Positions 53,011 through 62,620 of a stretch of DNA of 64,000 nucleotides are shown piece by piece (position 1 is the stretch's first letter; each line of letters begins with the position of its first letter). The stretch comes from Histomonas meleagridis 2922-C6/04-290x (Eukaryota; Protista; Parabasalia). The notes below the pieces were generated by a model that saw nothing but the letters and a program-made list of their open reading frames with translations, had not been told where the DNA came from and made no database searches. The stretch is from positions 62,001 to 126,000 of the forward strand of contig JAANOX010000128.1 of assembly GCA_020184695.1 (NCBI GenBank), written 5' to 3'. The position numbers and the translations under genes were made by a program.

Positions 53011-55318
53011 TTATTCATTTGTTTGTTCTTTTAATGGATCTTTTCCCTTAATTACATACATCACAACCAAAACGCACGCAACAATCACTATTACAACAGC
53101 CACAATCACTCCAATTATCCAACCAGGAACGCCACCTGTCATTTCATCTTCTACGTAATTTTCTTCAACTACAGAGCCCATAGGCTCAACTATTTTTCCA
53201 TTTTGCATCGCATAAGTTGAAGAACCGAAATTAACAGTTACTCGCACTCTATTACTGAAAATCGTTTGCTGCACTGTTTTATCGCTCGTCAAATATTTAT
53301 GATCAGTCATTTCTGCATAACCTGTTAATTCTGAAACAGGCTGAGCTAGCTCATGATCATCGCCACCCCAATAAGATATAGCACAACCATGATAAACAAG
53401 TTCGAATAAAGGTATACGTATTGATTCATTTGTCATAACTCTTGTTTGAGATTGAGGTGCCTCATCTAAATAATGTTTAATACTTTCAGCCGTATCAGAA
53501 CCAATTACTCTAAATGCGCCAGGACTCATTATCCCTAAGAAATAATCGCAATAAGGAATTGCTATATCTTTTCCATCTTCACTTCCAATAACTAATTTCT
53601 TATCATGGAAATATTTCAAAAGTTCCAAACGATATTTAATTGAATCTCTACGATTCATTAAATGGTTTGGGTTATAACATTCATATTCAATTGTACATGT
53701 AGCTCCATCTACATAACGCGCAGGCTCTACATAACCTGTTTCATTCATTTGTTCTTCATAACGCTCTTTAGCATATTGTATGTTCATCATATCACAAGTA
53801 GCATATATATCAACATTCTTGCTCGGATCTGACTTATTTACAACTGAACTTAAAGTGACTAATTGATTAGCAGAATTAACAATTACGCCATCAGGATATG
53901 CATCAGGCCAATTACCATTCCAATCAATCCATCCTTTTTCATAATGTTCAGGATTTCCTGTGTTTTGATATATATCATATTTGCCTGGTAATATATCGGT
54001 CATATTATTATTAATATATTCAACTAAACTTATTGGTGCTGCTGAGTCTAATATTTGTTGGATTCCAAGACTTTGGATTTCTTTATATAAATCAATACGA
54101 TTTATACCAAATGGTTCATAGAACATGAAATTAGCACTTCCAATAAGTTTCGCAATATTCGGTTTCGTTTTAACTTTCTCAGTAAATGGTACAAGTAATC
54201 CTTTTTCTTGTGCTATTTTCCGATATCTTTTATCCATTGCAAAATGATCACCATATACAAATAAGATTCTAAATTTCCGTGTATAACCAAAAGTTCCTTT
54301 TTGCTTGAAAAATTCAAGATAATAATAATGTGATTGTAAAGAAGAATCATACATCATTAAAACATTACTATCATCAGGTGTATCAACTACATACATTATG
54401 GAATATTCGCCATTAGTCATACCAAACAATGGCATTGATAATTTGTATACATAATGTGTATATTCTTTTTGACATCCTTCGCGGATACAAACATTTTCAC
54501 CACTTGGAAAGCTTAAACCTTCGCCCGATGCAATGATCATTCGATCGCCTTTATGCGTCCTAAAACCTTGTGGAAATGTAGGTGGACTTACTGGTGCTTC
54601 TGGATCTCCTTCATATGATACATTAAGCTCATCACTTGTTAGTTCTAGTTTTGCTTGAAATTCATATCTTCCATTTCTCACTGTAAATGTGGCTGATGTA
54701 TCTGAATGCAATTGAATATTGGTTAACATAGTGGATATAGCGGCATTATTGAAGAACGGATATGCAATACCCGTAGTTTTATTATAAACAGTGGTATGTT
54801 GAGTGGTGGTATCAATTGAAATGTTAATTACATCATTTGAGAAAACAACGGTTTCTGGAATATCACGATGTGAGACAATTTCATACCAAACATTGCTAAA
54901 TGTTCCTTCAGCATGTCCGTTGCCTAATATGCGTAATGTGATTTTGGTGACTTTGGGTGGGATAATAGCATCAATTTCAGGGATTCTTTTTGATTAGTTG
55001 TAGTTGTTGAATTTTGTAAAAATGTCCAGGAAAGAATGGTGTCATCATTAGATATGACAAGTAACATATTTACAGATCCCATTGTCATAATAAAATCACC
55101 ACCAAACTTAATTTGATCCCCTCCACGAAAATCAAATTTAATGTCATGAGCCATACCAAATTCTTTGGATGATCCAACATATTTGAAATAAGGTTATGGC
55201 TGCCATCTTCTCGTGTTTCATGTTGAATTCGATCTCCTTCATTTGATGGCCATGTGTAATAGCTTCCATTAATGGGAATTCTTTCTGATTTTGCTAGAAG
55301 AATCAACAAACAGAACAT
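53011..55318 (-). CDS. GH129-like glycoside hydrolase with signal peptide, CBM-like N-terminal domain and C-terminal TM segment; two apparent frameshifts
   Basis: YVDG..ECY..NH, IGSEDG.D...PYCDYF.G.MS, RIPLFELVYHGC and TGYAEMTDHKYLTSDKTVQQTIFSN.V.VTVNFG resemble bacterial GH129-like proteins. Three frames joined by 1-nt shifts near 55190 and 54985 give about 770 aa. Confidence 0.68.
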
Positions 55319-55695
55319 TTTCGTTGGGGCGTTTTGGCGTGTTCAATTCTTCTTGTTATAAAATTTGAACCGAAGAATTGAATGGATGTGATTTTATTTT
55401 TAAGTCAAAAAGTCGTTTGTGACTGTATGAAAAAATGTTGCTTTAAAAGAATGAACAGCTTTTTTTGATATCATTCCTCCAAGATATTGTCATTTTACTT
55501 AATTTCGAACAATGAATAGTAACAAAAGTCTTGCTTTAAAGCAATTAAAACATAAGCTCACAAAAAGAGATTAATATAAAACATGTATAATTGCTGCTCA
55601 AAAATTTAAACGCAAGCTTAAAACAAATATTAAGTAGCAGAGTTATTAGTAATTTGTGATATAATAACAAAGTTTTTATTGAAGAAAGTAATTAC

Positions 55696-56064
55696 TTATT
55701 TAAACAATTTCTTAAACCCAGCTTTAACTTGCTTTGCAAAATTTGTTCGGCACTTCACGAGTTGCTTTTTGAGATTACTATTTGTCATTTCTAAAGTTTT
55801 GTCTCTTTGAATTAAGCTATTCACTCTTTCTTTTAGTTCCAAATTTTCCCTTGCGAGCAATGAAGATTGAGGAACAGGTGGAGCTTCGTCATCTGAAGAA
55901 GATCCTATTTCAACCTCTGGGTATGGACCTTGAATATAATTTTGATTAGGAGTTAACGGATTTAAACATGTTGTCTGTTCATCATCTCCTATTTGAAATC
56001 CTTTGTAGTCCATTTCCCATTCATCAAAATCCTGTTCATTCGCCCATTCATCGATTTGGATCAT
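55696..56064 (-). CDS. Hypothetical 122-aa protein with a C-terminal coiled coil
   Basis: ATG ORF with coding-like composition; ENLELKERVNSL..LKKQL heptads. Confidence 0.65.
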   Translation of the reverse strand: MIQIDEWANEQDFDEWEMDYKGFQIGDDEQTTCLNPLTPNQNYIQGPYPEVEIGSSSDDEAPPVPQSSLLARENLELKERVNSLIQRDKTLEMTNSNLKKQLVKCRTNFAKQVKAGFKKLFK

Positions 56065-56483
56065 TTTCGTTTCTTTTGCGAATTGTCACTTTTGAATTCG
56101 ATTCGGCGTGAGAAACGATGATGTTTTTGAATCAATTTATTTCTTGGCAATTGAATTTTTCTAAAGTCAATCAAACTCACAGCCAAAGTGCTGAATTTGA
56201 ATGAAAAATCAATGTATCGTTCACCGTAAAATCTTTTCTTTCCAACAGAGAGGTTTGTAATGAGACAATTTCATATCTTATAAAACTTTATCTATGTATC
56301 ATTTTTTGTTTGGTGAAAAATTATTTTTACTCTACAATTTAAATTTAGATATTTTGAGCTGACTTTTCTTCGCCAGAAAAAAGTTCATTCAAAATTTTTA
56401 TATTTCAATGGCAATAATATGCTTCCTCAAATATATCTATCGGAATTTGTGATAGAAACCGTTAACGAACAAAACCCTTTGGA

Positions 56484-57062
56484 ATGAACAAATCAAAAAA
56501 GGTACAATCAATTTTAAAAATATTAAACTTAGAAAAACCCAAAGCATCTTGCAGCGCATTTGTTTTCTTTGGGAAGTATCAAAGAAAGAAACTTCAAGAA
56601 GAATTTCCAAATGATACCTTTCAAGATATATCTGCTAAATTAGGGAAAATGTGGAATAATCTTCCAGAAGATGAACGCGAATATTATGAAGAACTTAGCT
56701 TAATCGATAAATGCCGATTCAAGGAAGAAAAACGTGTATATCGTCAACAATTATATTCAAAATTATTAAAAGCACTTCATGATGGTACAATTCAACCAAG
56801 CCAAATTGACAAGAGCATTTTAATGACAAAAAAACAACCAAAATCACCATTTATGTTTTATGCAAGACATGTTAAGCCAATGCTCAAAACACACACAGAT
56901 CCCAGCAAAACGCAATTGCTTTCGAAGCCATTGAGTTTAATGTGGAATTCATTGAACTCGCAGCAAAGGATTCCTTTTAATAACATGTCTCAAGAAAATG
57001 TTGAACAATTAAAAGAAGAACACATTCAAGAACAAGAAATATTGTCAATGTTAGACTCGTAA
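56484..57062 (+). CDS. Tandem HMG-box protein
   Basis: KPKASCSAFVFF...ISAKLGKMWNNL.E.ER..Y, plus a second box KQPKSPFMFY...LSLMWNSL. Confidence 0.9.
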   Translation: MNKSKKVQSILKILNLEKPKASCSAFVFFGKYQRKKLQEEFPNDTFQDISAKLGKMWNNLPEDEREYYEELSLIDKCRFKEEKRVYRQQLYSKLLKALHDGTIQPSQIDKSILMTKKQPKSPFMFYARHVKPMLKTHTDPSKTQLLSKPLSLMWNSLNSQQRIPFNNMSQENVEQLKEEHIQEQEILSMLDS

Positions 57063-57451
57063 GAAGTACAAAATGCAGTCAACTAATTCTTGTTAATTAT
57101 TTGTAAAATATGTTTGAATTTCTTTATCATTTTTCATTGTTGTCATTGCGTGTGTGTGTTATGCATGGTTTGAACTTATTTTATTCATATTCCACGATTA
57201 AAATTAATCATTTAAATGTTACACGACAGTAATGAACTCACAGTTTGAAATTGTAAGAACTAATCAATTATAACATAATAACTATGAACATTATGATAGA
57301 AAAATCTTTAAGATAAAAGTTATTTGTCAAATGATTGAGTTCAATCACATGTGATCTTTCAACTGTTTTTTTTGAATTATGTTTAGCGGTTTTGAATAGT
57401 TTATACTCCTCGGTGGTTTAGAATTAAATCTCAAAGGATTACAAACACAAA

Positions 57452-58261
57452 ATGATTATAGAATCTCAAGATTTTCATTCACCAATTAATGAACCATTCC
57501 AGCTTCAAATATGTCCTGCTAGTTTTGTAAGCATAGAATTTGATGACAATATCTCTATAAAATCACATTTCAAAAAAATTGATACTTGCTGCTTGCCCTT
57601 TTATCACAAACCAAAATCTCCTCTTTCAAACTCAGGTTCGTTTGATCATCCAAATTTGCTTTCAAAAAAGATTATTAATAGACAACAATCATCACCAGCA
57701 CCAATAGTTCCCCAGCTTTTAAGTGTCAGTGATTCCGAGTTCATGACGTTATGTAATGATATTGAAGTCAAATTTAATCCTAAGTCGCTTGGTTTTATAC
57801 CATTTTCATTTTGGAATGATGAAGAAGTTACTTTTGGATACCTTGTAGAAAACTACTTCAGAAAGAAGAATAATCCTAACTGTCATTTCTTCATGAAACT
57901 ATACAATGCTTTATTGATAACAACAGATGATCCATTCTATGCTGAATTTCTCGGCGTCGAATGGATAACAGACTCCATTCTAAGGATCGACAAATATGTT
58001 TTTTCAAGACTTTTTGGACTTAAGCAACCAGATAGCTCTTTGTTCCATAGCCATGGATTTTTCTCAACATACGGCTTCGCCGAGGTAAGCCCAAATGAAG
58101 CAGCTTCGTTGGCTCCACAGATAGATCTCTCAGAAATTGATTTTGATAATGTTCGTTTACTGATTCACAAAGACAAAATTTTTACAAAATCTTGTAGCTG
58201 TGATAATTTGTTTGAATATATGCAAAAGTTCAACGCCTTTGTTGGCATTAAGTGTTTATAA
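57452..58261 (+). CDS. Initiator-binding-domain (IBD/IBP39)-like winged-helix protein
   Basis: FFMKLYNAL...LGVEWITD.ILRIDK..FSRLFGLK....FHSHGFF..YGF pattern of the expanded parabasalid IBD-like family. Confidence 0.6.
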   Translation: MIIESQDFHSPINEPFQLQICPASFVSIEFDDNISIKSHFKKIDTCCLPFYHKPKSPLSNSGSFDHPNLLSKKIINRQQSSPAPIVPQLLSVSDSEFMTLCNDIEVKFNPKSLGFIPFSFWNDEEVTFGYLVENYFRKKNNPNCHFFMKLYNALLITTDDPFYAEFLGVEWITDSILRIDKYVFSRLFGLKQPDSSLFHSHGFFSTYGFAEVSPNEAASLAPQIDLSEIDFDNVRLLIHKDKIFTKSCSCDNLFEYMQKFNAFVGIKCL

Positions 58262-58467
58262 AAATTTTCGGATAATTTTGTTTTTACTGACATTGAATTC
58301 CTTTTCAATTCGCCTCTTTTTTTTATTTAGAAAGCGCTGATAAAAAATTCATTAAGCTGTTGATGATGATTGGGATAAATTTGTAAATTTATAAATGTGT
58401 TCTTTTCAAATTCAAAAGTAATCTTATAATAAAAAAAGTTCATTTCTAGTAAAATCAATTTTGTTAT

Positions 58468-58896
58468 TTAGATTTTATCAATATCTTCAGTAGTCCAAAC
58501 GATCATTCCATCATCATCATTTCCGGTAGCGCCACCATCATCTTCTTCATTATTGAAATCACGGTCTGTGAATTCGCCCAACTTCTTAAGTTCATGGATT
58601 TCATCTGGGCGATATTTTTGGATGATATCAGCTTTATCACTATCGTCTTCTCTTAAAGAAATCAGAAGGATATCATGAAGAGCAATATAAAGTCTACCTC
58701 TGAACTTACCTCTTATTTTACATTGTCTTTCTTTCCCATCTTTACACATGCAAAGGAATCTTCTATCACCGAGAGCTTTTATAACCATTGCATATGTTTG
58801 CATTTCATCTTCAGCTAATATAAGTTCATTGTTCTTAAGCCTTTCGTTGTTCTTCTTCTTCTGAGTTACGGAAGCGTGTTTCTTTGTTTTTCCCAT
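58468..58896 (-). CDS. EIF1A: Translation initiation factor eIF1A
   Basis: YAMVIKALGDRRF...C.DGKERQCKIRGKFR, DILLISLR, KADIIQKY..DE. Confidence 0.96.
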   Translation of the reverse strand: MGKTKKHASVTQKKKNNERLKNNELILAEDEMQTYAMVIKALGDRRFLCMCKDGKERQCKIRGKFRGRLYIALHDILLISLREDDSDKADIIQKYRPDEIHELKKLGEFTDRDFNNEEDDGGATGNDDDGMIVWTTEDIDKI

Positions 58897-59024
58897 AAAT
58901 GTGCGACCAAAGACTCTTAACGGTCGTCTGATTTTGTCGTAAAATCTTGTTGGCGGTTTTGATCGGTAATGACATAACTCATAAATTATAAAAAAGAAAA
59001 TCCAACATATTTGTTAGTTTAATC

Positions 59025-59708
59025 TTAGTTAACAGATGGGAGATCGTCAAGGTTAATTGCCGATGACATCTTGAAGAATTTTCCATTTCGAGATTTACGC
59101 AAAACTATAACTGAGATAACAACAACACAAACAGCAAGAAGTGCAATACCGCCAATAATCAAATACTTTCCAGTGCTGCTTTTGGCGTTGGAATCTTGTT
59201 CTTCAACGAAGGAATTACCTTGGGAATTTTCAAGTAAGACATTTAACTCAGGTAAAATTTGAATGGGCTTTTGTTGGCATTCTTCCTTTTCAGAATCCCA
59301 TTGACACTGATCTCTGCAATGTCTTGGTTTTGTGATATGTGAGCATAAATCAATTTGATTAGAAAGAGCCTTTCCGAAAGTGTAGTTTTCGACAGAGCAG
59401 AGGTTATCTAATGCACCTTTAGATGTTCCAGGAACACAGATTTTATTTGTATTGCAAAAACCGCATTTAATTCCCTTCTTTCTTGAGAAGCAAATAACAT
59501 CCCCTGCATTTGTATACTTAGCGAAGCAAGGTTTGATTGAGCTATCCTTATCTCCTGATGATTTATAATTGGAAAATACATTGATACATTTTTTGGTTAC
59601 ATCGTTATAATGGCAGCCATTCAAGGTGCACAGAGTCTCCATCCCATGGTACCTCTTGCACGATTTTGGAAAAACCGACTGAGAAAAGCAAACCAATGCG
59701 AGAAACAT
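59025..59708 (-). CDS. Cys-rich (PSI-like) single-pass membrane protein
   Basis: Signal-like MFLALVCFS, repeated C..C.C.W/FC..C units, TM segment YLIIGGIALLAVCVVVISVIVL. The ATG at 59708 is preferred to the track's TTG. Confidence 0.7.
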   Translation of the reverse strand: MFLALVCFSQSVFPKSCKRYHGMETLCTLNGCHYNDVTKKCINVFSNYKSSGDKDSSIKPCFAKYTNAGDVICFSRKKGIKCGFCNTNKICVPGTSKGALDNLCSVENYTFGKALSNQIDLCSHITKPRHCRDQCQWDSEKEECQQKPIQILPELNVLLENSQGNSFVEEQDSNAKSSTGKYLIIGGIALLAVCVVVISVIVLRKSRNGKFFKMSSAINLDDLPSVN

Positions 59709-60178
59709 TTTTGGGTCAAATCTTACTTTTTCAATGGATTTGACGTCATATGGCAGAATTGAATGATTTATATCAATCAACGATTCCACAGTAAGAATTT
59801 CAAAAACGATTAAATTTAGCACAATTTCTTTTAAGTACTTTACATCAAATGGTTCAACGATCACCAAAAAAAATGTTGATTGGGAAAAAAAAAATATTTT
59901 AAATTTTTTTGTGCTTTATATCTATCTTTTCAAACCATATGAAAGTAAATATTTTTAGTTTTTCCTTACGATTTAACTTTTTTTAATAATAAATTTATTC
60001 ATAAAAATTATGGAATTATAGAAATTTAATTATAATTTTATTACACAAATTTTTTATTGTATTTTATTCTTGAAAAATACGTATGTTACATCAATTAGCT
60101 GCTTAAGCAAGAAAGCGTGTGACATGTGATGCGAAACAGCGTATTAACCGTTAAAATTTATGGAAAATTTCTTCACCG

Positions 60179-60889
60179 ATGAAAGGATTAATGGGTGCAA
60201 TATCTACATCCACAAAAGTTGGAGTGCAATTTGTGAAGCAAAGAGTTGGAATCACACAGTCAAAGATAGATCCTTTGTTTGAAGAAGCAAATCAAAAGTA
60301 TATAATTCTGAGAAACAGATATAAAAAATTTAAGACATACACAGATGAGATACTTGAATCTGTTCCGGAAGTATGTAGAATATGCAATGAATTATCAACA
60401 ACTTTATATGAAGCTGATAATTCATCATTAAATCTTGGGCTACGTACATTTTTTAAAGCATCATCTGACTCTATTCACATGTGTCTTTACGGAAATAGTT
60501 TGATTCCATTAAAAGAAGCAATGAAGTTAATTGAAAATCAGCTGATTAATCTCAAAAAGTGTATTAAAGAACGAAAAAAAATTTCGCTCCTTTGTGGATA
60601 TTGCAGTGACGAGCTTGCTAGAATTAGCAGCAATGGTAAACCAGAACAAATTTCTGAAAAGAAAATCTGTCTTGATAAAAATGTAAAAGCGCTGAAACAA
60701 ATTACTAAGAAATTCATTTCAGAAGTCAACGAACTTTGGGAGCAGCGTTTTTTGTTTTTGGATTTACAATTAACAATTTTTTCTAAAAATCTGGTTGAAT
60801 GTAGTGACCTTCTACAAATTCACACAAGTGTCCTTCGAGAACACATTCCAAGTGAGGAACTCGATGCTGAATATGATGTTTATAAATAA
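60179..60889 (+). CDS. BAR-domain-like protein
   Basis: QFVKQRVG....DPLFEEA..KY pattern and three long amphipathic helices over about 230 aa. Confidence 0.65.
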   Translation: MKGLMGAISTSTKVGVQFVKQRVGITQSKIDPLFEEANQKYIILRNRYKKFKTYTDEILESVPEVCRICNELSTTLYEADNSSLNLGLRTFFKASSDSIHMCLYGNSLIPLKEAMKLIENQLINLKKCIKERKKISLLCGYCSDELARISSNGKPEQISEKKICLDKNVKALKQITKKFISEVNELWEQRFLFLDLQLTIFSKNLVECSDLLQIHTSVLREHIPSEELDAEYDVYK

Positions 60890-61068
60890 AAATGTACTTG
60901 ATTTTGAAACCGTTAATTCTATTGACGATAGAAATTTGAATGCCATCGTTATTGCGACCGTTAATTTTTCTTAATTATGCTTAAAAGATCTTATATAAAA
61001 GAGTAATGTTTTTTCTTTCGATTTGTTTCCAAATAAAATTTTTGAGTGAGTTAAGTTTTACACTTAAG

Positions 61069-62559
61069 TCACTCAGACATTTTATATACATGTGATGTAT
61101 TCCAATGCATCAATAAAGATCCCAACATGAAATTATTTTTATCATTCCCATTTTTAAATTCCTGTTGTGTTTTAAAATTATTCTGACTAAAGAATATTGG
61201 ACCCAAAGCGATTATAATATTTTTTGCGTCCATTTTTGTGTATTGCACATGTCTAATCACATCTTGCAAGAAGCCAATGAAATACATCAATGTGTCTCTG
61301 TGTTCATTTGGGAGTGAATTAGCAATTGCTATACAATCGAAAGGTGAATCTTCTTTAACCTGTTTTGTGAATTCATCAGGTATTAAAGGGACTTGAAGTT
61401 CACGAAAGAATCTTTTAGTTAACGAAGCAACTGTATGAACAAGTGTGAGTGATATTTCCCAATCGCCATTATTTATATGTCCCACCATATTTGTTTCATC
61501 TTTAGAACTTCCAGGCACGCGAAATATTCCTTCTACATGTAATGCGTTTAGATTTAGCATTCTTTCAATAAGTTTTCTTACTATTTGTGGAATTGCTGGT
61601 TCATCATTATTATGTGGAATTCCTTTTATTCTTTCTTTTGCGATTATTTCGGCAAGAGAAGTCCCGAAAAGTACATTTAAATCAGTTAATGTTGTGAAAT
61701 AATGATTAGGGTTAGCACAATCATTTAATGTAATTTGTATACATCTAGAAGCACATGCACGAAGTAATGCGATTAATGAATATTCACGAACAATATTATC
61801 AACAAGTTCACAACTAGTGGCTGCTAAAAGAAAACTAAGAAGATCTTTTTTATATGGCTCAGGAATAGTATATTTTGAGACAAGCAAAAGCATAAGTTTC
61901 CACATTCGAATCGTTGGAGGAAATGTTCGAAGTGTATTAAGTTCAGCAATAAGCATAACACAACATTCGGGAATTAAAAAAGAATTACTATCAAGAAGTT
62001 GATGAAATTCAACAATTTTCCCAATGTTACCACTGCTACGAAACCCATTAATAACTTTAAATAATGAAATTGAAAATGGTTTTGCTTCAGGTGGAGTGGA
62101 AGTTAAAAAGGCAAAATTTGTGGGTTTTTTTCGTGGAGAAAGTAATTCCTCAAATGTTATTTTCTTTTTTGATGTTACCTTTTCTTTTAGAGAATAAAAT
62201 AAATCGGTGGGATTAAGAAGTGAATATAAGTCAAAAGGCAAAATTGGATCATCAAAAAAACTAAGTGGTGGAAAAACAGAGTTTTGGATAATCGATGTGT
62301 CTCCTTGTTCATTTAAATTAAATGTTGATTTACCTACATATGAAAATCTTCTAAGAGAAGTTGGTGAAACAAAAGAACTTGCATGTAAATTCCTACTTTG
62401 TATATCTTGAATTTCATCAGGTGGTTCTATAAAAAAACCATCTGGAGGATCAATATATTCAAACCCAGGAGGTAAAAGCCATGTAACGTCCCCTGTATTT
62501 TTATTAAAATAATATGGTCTGGATGCCATTGGAGAAATTATTTTATAAACAACATCCAT
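61069..62559 (-). CDS. WW-MyTH4-RhoGAP protein (ARHGAP39-like)
   Basis: RPYYFNKNTGDVTW.LP (WW), MyTH4-like middle, LFGTSL, EGIFRVPG (Arg finger), VASLTKRFFREL..PLIP, TKMDAKN. Confidence 0.9.
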   Translation of the reverse strand: MDVVYKIISPMASRPYYFNKNTGDVTWLLPPGFEYIDPPDGFFIEPPDEIQDIQSRNLHASSFVSPTSLRRFSYVGKSTFNLNEQGDTSIIQNSVFPPLSFFDDPILPFDLYSLLNPTDLFYSLKEKVTSKKKITFEELLSPRKKPTNFAFLTSTPPEAKPFSISLFKVINGFRSSGNIGKIVEFHQLLDSNSFLIPECCVMLIAELNTLRTFPPTIRMWKLMLLLVSKYTIPEPYKKDLLSFLLAATSCELVDNIVREYSLIALLRACASRCIQITLNDCANPNHYFTTLTDLNVLFGTSLAEIIAKERIKGIPHNNDEPAIPQIVRKLIERMLNLNALHVEGIFRVPGSSKDETNMVGHINNGDWEISLTLVHTVASLTKRFFRELQVPLIPDEFTKQVKEDSPFDCIAIANSLPNEHRDTLMYFIGFLQDVIRHVQYTKMDAKNIIIALGPIFFSQNNFKTQQEFKNGNDKNNFMLGSLLMHWNTSHVYKMSE

Positions 62560-62620
62560 TTAGTTCGAGCAACGTATCGGAGCACGTTTATTTTTTATGC
62601 AAACAGACTTTGTCAAGAGA

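Noticed and set aside
56118-56194. Possible C/D box snoRNA (ATGATGT ... CTGA)
   Set aside because: Imperfect C box, no terminal stem, no recognisable guide; lies in a divergent promoter region.
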